A DNA stretch of 62,738 bases, the filler included, from Asterionella formosa (lineage: Eukaryota), in the NCBI GenBank assembly GCA_002256025.1. It is 8 parts of 8 records of this genome, joined end to end, with 100 filler letters (N's around TTAATTAATTAA, not from the genome) between each part and the next. Parts side by side here need not be neighbours in the genome. Positions count along the whole stretch, not along the records: positions 1 to 26,220 come from NKIB01001782.1; positions 26,321 to 52,531 come from NKIB01001790.1; 6 more parts are not named here. One strand, 5' to 3'. A model generated the notes under the pieces. The model made no database searches and was not told where the DNA came from. It saw only the letters and a program-made list of their open reading frames with translations. Of the stretch, positions 23,373 to 34,757 are shown piece by piece; position 1 is the first letter of the stretch, and the number at the start of each line of letters is the position of its first letter. A program made the position numbers and the translations under genes.

Positions 23373-24420
23373 TTAAAAAGAAACACCAGTATGTTTCTCG
23401 ACTACATAAGCACAATTCTCAGAAACTTTGTCCCAGTTGACAACGTTCCACCAGTTCGAGACGTACTCAGGTCGACGATTCTGATACTTCAAGTAGTAAG
23501 CATGTTCCCAAACATCTAATCCCAAAATAGGAAGCATGACTTCATCACCGACTCCCTTCATCAGCGGATTGTCTTGGTTGGGGGTACCAACAATTTTGAG
23601 TGAATCTCCAGCCATGTTGACACAAACCCAAACCCAACCAGATCCAAAAACTGAACCAGGGGCAGCCTTGGCCTCAAACTGGGCCTTCATCTCGTCCATA
23701 GAGCCAAAAGACTTTGTGATGAGTCCTTCAAGTTGCGCCGAAACCTTGGAATTCTTGGCTTGATCAGGAGGGGCCATTTCAGACCAGAAGAAGGCATGGT
23801 TATAGTGCCCACCTGCGTTGTTTCTAACAGCAGGTCCAGCAGCCAATGCATCTGCCTGCAATTCAAGGATGGGAACTTCAGGCTTCCCCTCGGTCGCCTT
23901 GTTGATGTTGGCGACGTAGGTTGCGTGGTGCTTGTCGTGATGGATCTTCATCGTTGGAGTGTCAATGATGGGCTCGAGGGCCTCAAATGCATATGGGAGG
24001 TCAGGAACAGTGTACGCTCCGGCGATCCCTGGGACGACAATGGCAGCTCCGAAGGCGGCTCCCTTCACAAGGAACTCGCGACGGACACTAGGGCCCTCTA
24101 ATAAAAGAAAGTCGTGATGAAATGTTAGCGTCAAGGAAATTAACAGACATTTTGTTCATGACAAGCAACGATTCTCCGTTGCACAGTATCCCGACTATAG
24201 ATAATTTGGGATTTACTGCATAGAATTCTCGCTTCTCACGTGCGACATGCCAGTTCAAAGATAGATACGCAGCCGCGATCAATGGAATCTACGAACGCTG
24301 AGGGACTGTAACCAAATCTGGTAGTAAGATTTAGAGTGACAATAGTTTCTTACCTGCCTTCATAGACCAGGCAGCTGTAGAGCCAACGAAAAGGGACGCG
24401 AGGGCGATGGCAAGCTTCAT
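23373..24420 (-). CDS. Mn-type superoxide dismutase with signal peptide and twin-arginine presequence; 2 exons (24420-24354, 24097-23373)
   Basis: LPYAFEALEP, TMKIHHDKHH, GGHYNH, NQDNP, DVWEHAYY. Exon 1 MKLAIALASLFVGSTAAWSMKA splices (phase 1, intron 24098-24353) to EGPSVRREFL. Confidence 0.92.
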
Positions 24421-25857
24421 GGCGGATCTTTGAGAGTGCTACTTATGGTCTGCTTCATATAAATTGATGTGTATCCTGTTACTGGTACCTGGCTACCTGG
24501 TACGGAGAGGGTGTACCTGCTACCGGTTGTCCTCCCACTTAGACTAGGTACCAGGTACCCTGGTACCTGTACTGCTACTTGTGATGGCTGATGGTTTGAC
24601 CGTTGTGATGGCGCTCAGTGACGTGAGCAAATCTTTTGCGAAGGAGCGAGCCTAAAATACAACCGAGGTAGTAATAAATAATATACCGGTATCCTGGGGT
24701 TAGGAGTAGTCTACAATTCTTCCATTTTATGGCTTATGTGCTGTGCTCCGAAGCTACTTCGACTTAATTACTGACTTGTTCGACTGCCTTTTCTGCAAAT
24801 ATTTCCTTGCTTTTTTTTGTGAAGATAGTTTTTGGTCTGTACCAACTAATCTTTTAGCTCATACCAGTATATAGTTGGTTTTTCGATTTCGGTTCTACTT
24901 ACCGGTATGTAGCTTGGGTGATTTCCTCACTCTGGGTCCCTTTAACTGCAGTAGAGTTTGCACTTCAGGCTGTGGGTGGGACTTCGGGTGGGTGAATTTT
25001 TATCTATAGCATTTAAATTTTTTGCACAGCCTTGGGATTGGTGGTGTGGCTTTTGTTTGAAAGCTGATTTGATGAATTATGAGCTTTCGGCCTTGAAACC
25101 TTGCCTTATTGCTCTGCGGCTTCTGGACTCTTCCATAACCTTCGCTTGCGTGGTTCCCTGTGTTCCCTGCTACCTTTGAACTTCATCTTCGATTTTTTCG
25201 GCTAGACTGACTTAGCTCCCATGGTCGCTATCCCAATCTCAGCCTACTGGTAAGTCTGTTCCATCTGGGTTTCAAGTGCGCGTTTTGTGCACACAACCTT
25301 TTTCCCTCCTCTGTAATAATGAATGACACTCCGGTTCCTGGTAGTACCAGGTACCGGTACTGGGGTAAACAATTACGGAGTACCAGTAGCTGTGATACTG
25401 GTAATAATGCTGTACTCTAAGTAAGGAACTGTACCCATTCTGTGGGTGTGATAAAATCCTGGTACCAGGTACTAAACTACCGGTACCGTTCTGCTAGTTG
25501 GACCTCAAATGCTAAAAGTCAGGTAGTCGTGAAATATAGCTTTGCTTCCTCTAAGTACAACCGGTTTTCACGGACCATTACCAGGGAAGTAGCAAGTACC
25601 AGGTATTATCCGGTACCGATACACCAGTACCTGGTAACATGATACTATTACTTGGTAATCATGTACCGGTATGTACCCGGTAATAACAGGTACCAGGTAC
25701 CTGGTACCAGGTACGGTGGGCCGGTGGGTCAGATGGGTCTGTACCGATAGACACAGCTCACCTCTGTTTATTTGAGTATTCATACATGGATATGTCATCA
25801 TGTATGATACCATTGCTTTGACCATGCTGTACGCAATAAACTTTGCCTGCCTGCTGG

Positions 25858-26220
25858 CAGTATCACCATGATAACCGGCAGTGGTGGCGGTGGCAAGGCG
25901 CAATCGTTCCTTATCAGCATGCATGAAATGTGGGCAAAAATTAACCCATGTACGGTCCAGCTCAGCGCGATCACGCCAAGTTTGAATGCTATGCGAATAT
26001 ACACCAGCCTGTTCTAAAGCAGAAAGAGTCAATCGCATGACAGTACTGTCAGAGAAAGGTTCTCCACCAGCATCAGCAATGGCACGAAGATGTTTGATGC
26101 GGATCCATAAATGCTCAATAGGTTCCTCTGGTGTCCAAGCATCGGCCAAGCGCATGCGATTGAGTTCCAAATCATCCGCACTCAATGTTGCATATGTAGA
26201 TTCTAAGTGAGCAAGTAAGG
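25858..26220 (-). mobile_element. Ty1/Copia (diatom CoDi-type) gag fragment, truncated at the scaffold end
   Basis: HLESTYATLSADDLELNRMRLADAWTPEEPIEHLW...TWVNFCPHF...TAGYHG matches the diatom Copia gag pattern as I recall it. Confidence 0.7.
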
Positions 26221-26320
26221 NNNNNNNNNNNNNNNNNNNNNNNNNNNNNNNNNNNNNNNNNNNNTTAATTAATTAANNNNNNNNNNNNNNNNNNNNNNNN
26301 NNNNNNNNNNNNNNNNNNNN
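26221..26320. other. Artificial 100-nt linker N44-TTAATTAATTAA-N44 (also 52532-52631, 54234-54333, 55936-56035, 57637-57736, 59338-59437, 61039-61138)
   Basis: Identical spacer with stops in all six frames, present seven times. Confidence 0.98.
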
Positions 26321-29164
26321 TATGATGACTGCCCTACTTTGAGCTGTGTTCTTTTCACTGCCACATTGCAAATTGACAAAATGTATGAGGTATATATTCC
26401 AGATAGAACAATGCCACAGATTAGATTGCCAATCAATTGATATCTGCTGATCATCACGCTGGTGGTCATACACAGCTAGTATGTATTTAGGCTATTATTT
26501 CACAGATGCATGATTTCATACTACTGTAGCTACATTATTTTTTTCACTATTTTTCATTAGCTATACATTGATTGTTTTTACTTCATTTCGGGTTAATGTA
26601 TATTAGACATACATATACACACCTACCAATAATAGACTTGGTCCTCTATTTACTGTAATATAGTGCTATAGTATATGTACTCGTGGTGGTGACTCCATAT
26701 TAAGTACTCTAATATATACAATGGTCTATTCCCCGCGTACACGTAACCGTTTTTAATTTTTTACGACTACGTTCCCGGTACCCGAGATAGCCCTCGTAGT
26801 CCCTGGTTTATAAATATTTAGAATAGATTTTGGATTCATTTAACATAGAAAACACTAGAGCGAGGTGGTCGTGATCAGCTAAGGGAGAATCCTTCGTCGT
26901 CATCATGTCGTCTCAGTCTTGGCCATGACGAAGATACAGCAAATACTGGTATATCTCCTCCAAGAAAATGGAGTACTGTATATTCTTTGTTACATATATC
27001 AAGCACAACTTCGACAATACAATCATTAGAAAAGAATATAATTAAATTATTGATAAAGAAAGGCAAATTGAAGTGGTCATCAGCGCCATTTTTCTTGCAA
27101 TTTAGAGGTGCAAAATTCAAACGATAATGATACCAACAGATTTCACACTTTGACAGTAGCTGCACAACGAATGTTATAACAACTAGAACGATAAATGATT
27201 AATGGTTTTATCAACTGAGAATTGATTCTTAATAGTATTGGCAACTTGTCTAGTCGGAGATGTAGTAGGTACAGGCACCAACAAATGTTAAGTATGTCAT
27301 GTCAGTACCAGCAACTTTGCATGGGACTGCTGCTTCTTTTTGAAATTTCTACTCATCCTTGCAATAAAAATAATTTTGGCAGTCTAAGAAGCAGATGAAC
27401 ACACCAATGACAACAAAAGCAAAACAAGAGTTAATGAGCGCAATGGTAATTGGCATTTAGCAAGGCAGTATCGAGCAAAAAAGAGTGTTGCGAGGGTTAT
27501 AGTAATGAACATACTAGGCCAACACAAAGCTACATCGGGTTTCTTTACAATGCACCAAGCCATACTTGGGTAGACAGCATTAAACATAATACTGGTATGT
27601 ATGAAATGATTAAAAAATCTCATTCAAGTTGGCATTTGTTGTAATACAGTATGATATTTCTTGACATGCATATTTTTTCATTTTATGTACTGTACATGGA
27701 AAAACGTACTTCATGCTCAAATATAATCATGTTTGAATATCCCATATTATATTTGTAGACATCTAATGATAATTGTTACGCCCTCTCCTCGAAAAAAATT
27801 GCGTCAATTCCTAAATTTTTCCTTGCGGCCATTTTGACTCCTATGATTTTCTCTGGCTCAGGTTCATTTCCTTAAAAGGGGTGATTACAAAACTCTGATA
27901 AAACATGTTATGGGTAAAAAGGAAAGTTTAAGGTAAAGCATGTCCATCCGAGCAATGTAACAGATGTAATGATGGGTACCTTTGCAAAGGAAACCACCAA
28001 ACACAAGGCTCCTCAACCTGGGAAATCGTTCAGAAAGTACTAGGAGGAGAAGATCCATAAGCAATGGTTTGCTGTTCAGAAACTATGCTCACCAACTGCT
28101 GAAGATGTGGATTATTTTGCTATTCGAGGCACCTTAAGCCTTCTATCGAAGATGGAGGAAGAATGAGTAATCCATATTACTCTTCGACAAGTGTGCCAGT
28201 GAAGTCTCAAACTGGCAAGCTTGTATGTCCTGAAAGAAGACGCCCAACCTGCGGTTGGCAAAATACATTAGGGATCTAAAATATTTAGTCAGGACCAAAT
28301 TATTTGTGATATAGAAGAAAAATTAAGTAAGGACCACATTATTATTCATCTATAGACATCCACATTATTATTCATCTATAGACATGCTGAATAAACCATA
28401 TCAAATGCTGCGGCTGTAGGCAGAGTCTTGTTAAGGATGGGCCCTAATGCAGACGTAGGTTTGCACAAGATGCAGTAATCGTTTTATCACAAGTGTCTGT
28501 TGGCTCTTTTCTTAGGTCTTCTGATTTTATCATGAGTTTGTTGATAATCTGTGAATGGTTCAGTTTGCTTTTTGTGTAAATTTCTTGCATTTAATTGGAC
28601 GTTGGGTCGTTGTTGCTCCCAACAGTCCAAAGTTATTCTGTGATATACAAAGGTAACATCATTTTTGGGTTATGCTGACCTTGCCGCCATTACACCAAAC
28701 AATGCAAGACAGGAAGATGACGAAGAACCAGAAGAAATCAAGGAAAAAATCAGAGATTATCGCCATAAAGGGGGTCAACTTTAGTCTCCATTTCTCGACC
28801 AATTTATGCTTAAGTCCCAAATGCTTGATGCTGTCACTTTTCTTGCATTATTAAAATTGTCTTGATTTGCATATGAATTATTGAGAAACCTCATTGGTCC
28901 AGGGCTTGCTTCAAAATTGGGTAAAAATAGTAAACTTTCTAGAACAACAAGCAGCAGGCGGGACTTTCCATTGATGAATTCATGTGTTTGTCACTTTTCA
29001 TTATGGGAATTTAAGCAGAAAAATGATGCATTTTGGGGTTTTAATGTAGACACTACTTCTGTAATCAGGACTTTGCTTGGAAGTTAATAATTGCTTTAAT
29101 AAATTCTCAGAGGGCATCATTGAGCTGCAATGTGCTTCTATTAAAATGGATTAAGTCGGAACAA

Positions 29165-29400
29165 ACCGACATGAATTTTATGGTTTTGTTGGTGCCATCG
29201 ATGGTAATGCCATTATAATTTGGCAATCCAGAAAAGGCGAATATGAATCACCATTATCATATAGAAACAGAAAGAATTTGCATCTATTGACTTACAGGCC
29301 ATTGCTAGCAGCAGGGATCACCGCTTCCTTTGGATTTCTATAGAATCTCCTGGTGGCAGTACACATGATTCAACTCTATTTCACTTAACCAAGCTGTCAC
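29165..29400 (+). pseudogene. Degenerate Harbinger/HARBI1-type (DDE_Tnp_4) transposase
   Basis: Frameshifted motifs FVGAIDG (GAIDG from 29191), YRNRK, SIDLQAIA and RFLWISIESPGGSTHDSTLF. Confidence 0.75.
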
Positions 29401-30217
29401 ATTGATTGTTTGAACAGTAAACAGCTGATGAAAGATGAAGACAATTTTGGCTAGCAGGCCTGGTCAGTTTCTCATGTCAAGAGCTCCAAACAAAGATTTA
29501 TTCAATTAGTTTCTTCTGGTGGGAGGAAACAAGATATTATCTGTTTTGGCATAGTATATGCAAGGTGTTGTGTAGGCCACTCATGTTTAAGCTTGACTTG
29601 TTTCCTATAATCATGTATTGCATTTGCCGTCTCCACAATTTTCTAGTACAGCCAAGTATGGTGATCAAAATATAGTATGTACATATGTATTACGTATAGT
29701 TTGTTGTTTTGTCATTCCCATCATCAGAAAGCGATCATCTGTGACAGTGTTGATGTTAAAACAATTTAGAACAACTACGTATGATTGTGTTCTTCATGCA
29801 GGTGTTTTGTACACAGACCTCGCTATAGATATACGGCAGACCAGATGGCTGCGACGATTCTTTTCTTGCTGATCGCTCACACTATGACCACCAGCAAGGA
29901 TCTGTTCGTGGTGTGATCTTTCATGACGATGACGTATCATATTATTATATTCGTCCCATAATATTATATACAATTTTTTTATGAACACACCGGTTTATGT
30001 AATACTCCGTTACAGCATGCCAAATATTCAAAATCGCATAATTAACTCTCATAATACCGGTATTCCGGGTAGAGAATTAGCCAATTAATGATTGCAGAGC
30101 GAATAATGCAAAAATATAGCAAAATATGAAACCGAGCAACAACAAAAAGCAGAGAGAACAAAAACGAAACAACATAACAGCCAAGTCGTCCTCGTCCTGC
30201 TCGACATACTTTCAGCC

Positions 30218-31069
30218 ATGCGATCACCTTCCACCTTCCTCACATTCTCAAGCTTTCTCTTGTCAGTGTCCTTCTGCCATGCATTTCTTCCGCTTTCGTT
30301 GGAACGACGAGTGTCTCATTCAAACAAGCTTCAAATGAATTTCTTCCAAGATTTGCTTCAAGGAGCCTTTGTAAATGACAGAAATCTTTCCAAGGACAAG
30401 TCGAAAGGTCAATTGGAAGGCCCGGGAAACGAAGAAAGCTACTCTATTAGACCTGAAATAACAGAAACACAAAGACTTTGGAGAGAAAAGCAACAACGAT
30501 CGGCAGCAGTCACACCCGATGTGGTGGAAAACACAAAGTGGATCATTTCTTTGTTCCTTGCTGGCGTCCCTTCCAAGGATCCTTCTAATGATCTGTATGG
30601 TTCGAAAACAAATATTTCCAGCAGAGACCGACAACTTGGTATAGATATTCCAACCGAACCGAGTGTATCGTTGGAATTGTTCCTACTCCCTGGTGGCCTG
30701 TGCCAAGTTAGCGATTCACTCTTTACGTCGGGAAAGACCCAAGGTCAATGGAAGATCTCGGAAGATGGCAAGGTCCTTCGGTTTTCTATGGATGTTCTAG
30801 GCTATTCGCGTACAATTCAAACCAAGGGAAGTATAACAAAAGTGTTTTGGAGTAACCAAGAAGAAGTCAACACTTCGACATCAACAACATACAATATTCC
30901 ACCCGGATGGCTATATGGTGACATCGAGATCGCCTATGGAGTCAATCCCGGTACGTTCATTATGAAAGGCGACGGAATCCTTCGAGTAGAACAAAGATTA
31001 GGTTTGCTGGGTGCTGCCTCTAAAATGGTGGCGTGTGGCAAATTTGCGAGTCGTCAGAATAATGATTAG
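30218..31069 (+). CDS. Hypothetical plastid-targeted protein
   Basis: 283-aa ORF with signal peptide ending CHA-FLP followed by a basic transit-like segment. Confidence 0.8.
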   Translation: MRSPSTFLTFSSFLLSVSFCHAFLPLSLERRVSHSNKLQMNFFQDLLQGAFVNDRNLSKDKSKGQLEGPGNEESYSIRPEITETQRLWREKQQRSAAVTPDVVENTKWIISLFLAGVPSKDPSNDLYGSKTNISSRDRQLGIDIPTEPSVSLELFLLPGGLCQVSDSLFTSGKTQGQWKISEDGKVLRFSMDVLGYSRTIQTKGSITKVFWSNQEEVNTSTSTTYNIPPGWLYGDIEIAYGVNPGTFIMKGDGILRVEQRLGLLGAASKMVACGKFASRQNND

Positions 31070-31947
31070 ATGTTGGTTCAATTACAAATCCATGATTTAT
31101 TCCAGTAATTAGATGACAACAAAGTAGAGGCTGTAAAGAACCATGTTGGTATTCTGCAACTTTTGATTTGCTTGCGTGTTGACATATATATTCAAACGAA
31201 TTTCGAACCTTTGGTGGACACTATAGAAGTAATGCTCGCAGCAAATAAGAAAACGACAGAAATAAATCAATTCTTTGCAATCAATGGCTCAGTTCACCCA
31301 TACATCAGTGAGCAGATTCCCCCCACACAAAGACTATCTTGAAGACATTGCAGATACTGCCACATTTCCTACATAGACCTGTTACCTTTTCGGACTCGCC
31401 ATGGCTAATTCCCCCCCCCCCTTGGTGAACGAAATGGATTGTTCATTGCCCACTAGATGCAGGGAACTAAAATGGCTTTCATTTGGTTGAAATATTAAAT
31501 ATTTTGTCTTCAAAAATGCCAATGGCCCACATCACAGAATCCCCAACACAGAGGAAAGCATGAATCCCCCTCTACCCCTGCTAACTACTGATGGGAAATC
31601 AACCATTAAACCGTCACCTAGCAGTCTTCATAAATTTCTTGCTTTTTACTGTAGGGTACAGCTACCTAATCCTAAGGTAAATGTCCCAGTACGAGACAGA
31701 GTTGTTTCCACTCGACAAAATCCGCGAGAGTAACACGCAACTCAACTGCCTCGAAAACCCAAGCTCAAAAACATGATGAGCGTCTGTTTCCCACCTAAAT
31801 ATTATGCTGTAAATACGTCTAATACACATATCAACTGTGTTGTTCTGTATCATGGTGAGCCATTGTCATGAGTAAACGAGCGAACAACAGCTGTTTTTGG
31901 GGGGCCTTACAATTCTAGCGGCATATGAAAAGAAACGTTTCAACAAA

Positions 31948-32448
31948 TCATCCTTGCTTCGGTCCACTCCTACGCTTCCTACCCCCTGTCGGTGATGTTG
32001 GTTTGACCGTCTCGTGTTGTGATGGTGAGTCTTGGTGATGGTCACGAGCAGCAGCAGCTTCGTCGTGAATGAGCATGACGGCTTCTAGAACTTCATTGTC
32101 AACCTGATCTTCTGTCACTGATGGATGCGAACATGTAACACAGTCTTTCTCCATATCTTTTATCAATACTATTGGTGTTGGTGTTGGCGATTTTGTTCCA
32201 GTCATTATTATTGGTTCTTTTTCTGAAGTAGTGGATGCATCAGTTGTGGAACTTCTGGCAGCGGTAGTACCGTGATTCTTGTAATGGTGCGATCGTCCCT
32301 GTCGCATCATCATTCCTTCTTGGGCTCTTCGTCTGTCATCAGGATCATGATGCAGACCACGGAGTCGCAGATGGCCTTGGGTGGACGTTGCAAGAAGAAC
32401 CAGGAATAGACATGGAAGGAGTAAGCGAGGGTTCATCTTTATGGTCAT
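31948..32448 (-). CDS. Hypothetical secreted low-complexity protein
   Basis: Signal peptide LLLPCLFLVLLATSTQG followed by LRLRGL; Thr/Ser-rich body. Confidence 0.6.
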   Translation of the reverse strand: MTIKMNPRLLLPCLFLVLLATSTQGHLRLRGLHHDPDDRRRAQEGMMMRQGRSHHYKNHGTTAARSSTTDASTTSEKEPIIMTGTKSPTPTPIVLIKDMEKDCVTCSHPSVTEDQVDNEVLEAVMLIHDEAAAARDHHQDSPSQHETVKPTSPTGGRKRRSGPKQG

Positions 32449-33192
32449 TTTGTGTCTAGTCGTATGTCAAAATTGTAAAATGATGCCTGCAGTAATTAGT
32501 GTACCGGGTAGGAGTAGTATTTATGCACGGTGGGTTATAGTACTGGTATACGGTATTCTCATGTTGATTTCACAATTGTTTACCCGGTACTTTGTATTTG
32601 TATGTGTGATGTCTCGTCGTCGTGGCCTTGTTCGCCAATTTTATCATTCTTGTCGGCCTTTTTTTTTGAGTCATCGTTCCATCGTCCTGATGCTGGGATA
32701 ATTGTATGTACTGTTGCTCTGTATCGTGTTTGTGGAATCACTCGACAGCAATGGTGACATCATCAGTGACCCCTCGTCATGACTTCAAATCGCGGGCGAT
32801 GCATTTTTTCAAACAACAATCAAGCATTTATCGAGGTGAATTCGACGGACAGGCGGAGGATACGGTACACGAAATACAACTCGTCTACCTGGTACCTACC
32901 GGTAGTCAAAGTGATCAAAATTGTCGTGCGATGGTACCTGGTATTATTCCGGTACGTACGTAAAACTGGTATTAAATTGCTGTATGCATTGCAAACTTGT
33001 TCAAGGGGCGGTATCTTTTTCTTGGTCGACATTTTGAACACATGATATCATGATACCGGGCGCGCGGTATTTGAACTCGTCCGAACAACCATCTGGCCCC
33101 GATCTGGTCGGAAACAACCACATCATCATTCTCAAAAGCAAAGGTCAAGCCATCACAAATCTCAATCAAGCAAACAAACGACGCAAAACCAA

Positions 33193-33795
33193 ATGTTCTT
33201 CCTCTCCTGCGCTCGCTTCCTCGTATTCTTCCTATCACTAGTACAAATGCTCCCCACTCCCAGTGAGGCCTTCTTTGCTCTCGAAGGAATCACCCTCCCC
33301 GCAACGCAACATCTCAACGGAACCGTGTTGGCCTTTAACGGCGCAGGCGTCCGCTCCGTACACTTTTTCGGCTTTCATTTCAAGATATACGTCGCTGGCT
33401 TTTACACGGAACAGCCCATTCGATCCTCCGACCATGCCCTCGCAGCAAGCGGGCGTCCGATGCAGCTACTATTTACATTTTTACGTAGTGTCGGGCAAGA
33501 CAAAGTCAAGGAGGCATGGAAACGACAGTTGGATGCATCCGTGTCGCACCATTATGACGGCTTTTCCGACGATCGCGACTCCTTCATTCAGATGTTTGGA
33601 CCTATTGCTAATGGAGGAACAGAGATGATACAATTCATTGGAGAAGATACAGTGATCTATGATCAAGGACAACACAAAGGCGTTATTGCTGGGAGAAACT
33701 TTCAACGAGCATTCTTGAGCATGTGGTTTGGGGAACGGGCTGTGGCTGCAGACTTGAAGGCGGCCTTATTAGGAGCCCCGTTATGTTCCCCCTAA
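33193..33795 (+). CDS. Chalcone isomerase-like fold protein with N-terminal hydrophobic leader
   Basis: LAFNGAGVR...FKIYVAGFY and FQRAFLSMWFGERAVAADLKAALLG are typical of the Chalcone_3 family. Confidence 0.85.
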   Translation: MFFLSCARFLVFFLSLVQMLPTPSEAFFALEGITLPATQHLNGTVLAFNGAGVRSVHFFGFHFKIYVAGFYTEQPIRSSDHALAASGRPMQLLFTFLRSVGQDKVKEAWKRQLDASVSHHYDGFSDDRDSFIQMFGPIANGGTEMIQFIGEDTVIYDQGQHKGVIAGRNFQRAFLSMWFGERAVAADLKAALLGAPLCSP

Positions 33796-34757
33796 ACTGA
33801 TATGAAAACCAAGCCAAGGACTCGGTCGTGAAATTTTGTGCATAGCGGACAACTAGCGACCCTTCTCTTCCTGCACGTTCACTTTAGGACGGGACATTCG
33901 TCGCACTTGTTCTCTGATGATTGCCTGCGACGTGAAGATGCACAAGACTATCTAGGGTTTCCAGTCGCCATCATGGTAAAACAAGCCACAGTGTCAGTTC
34001 TATTATTTTATTGGCTACATCATGAACTATGAGATTCTTTCCAATGTCAGCTTCTCCCTTATTATTTGCTGCACCAGTTTCATCACTCCCCGAGGAAGAT
34101 TTCATACCTCGTTTGGTCACCTGGTTATTGTGATGTGATCTGGGTTTGGTTTCTCTATATGATGGGTCCAATAGGGGAGTGAGAAACATAATTTAAATGC
34201 AGAGTGTTTAGGGGATTCCATGATCATATCCCAATGTTCAACCAAATCGCATTCCGTTTTAAAACGTAGGGTTCCTTTTTGACTACTTAGAATATACGGT
34301 ACCAGGGTGCCAGTACCGTACCATGCTACCTGGTACCTGGTACCAGTGGTATAGTATTACATATGTATGTACGATAGATGATAGTATGCAACAATGAGAA
34401 CCTGCTACCTGGTACCGTATATTTGGACCGCACGACATATAAATATCCTAGTCTGAATACGTGTTACACATATAACAAAGTGAATTTGTTTCAACTTGCT
34501 TGGTATTTACATGTATATGAGCGATGTATGACAAATGTGTCATACCGGTAAATGCTCCGATGCAACAGGACAAACTAGTTCGGTACCTATGTATACATAA
34601 CATACCATGGTACCAGGTACCCTACAATTTAGACTTCCACCATCGCAGCAGCCACAAAAAGGACCTGGACAAACATACTTAAAACAAACCACTGGTATGA
34701 CTCTCCATACTATTGCCTACATCAGTAACAGGGGTTCAAACCAACCTCCACGTCATT

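Noticed and set aside
26265..26276. TTAATTAATTAA palindrome recurring, every 1.7 kb in the last 10 kb
   Set aside because: It is always centred in an identical 100-nt N spacer, so it is an artificial linker. The periodicity reflects size-sorted contigs, and neighbourhoods across linkers are not biological.
31440..31640. Minus-strand remnant reading roughly GDSVMWAIGIFEDKIF
   Set aside because: Too degenerate to assign without a search.
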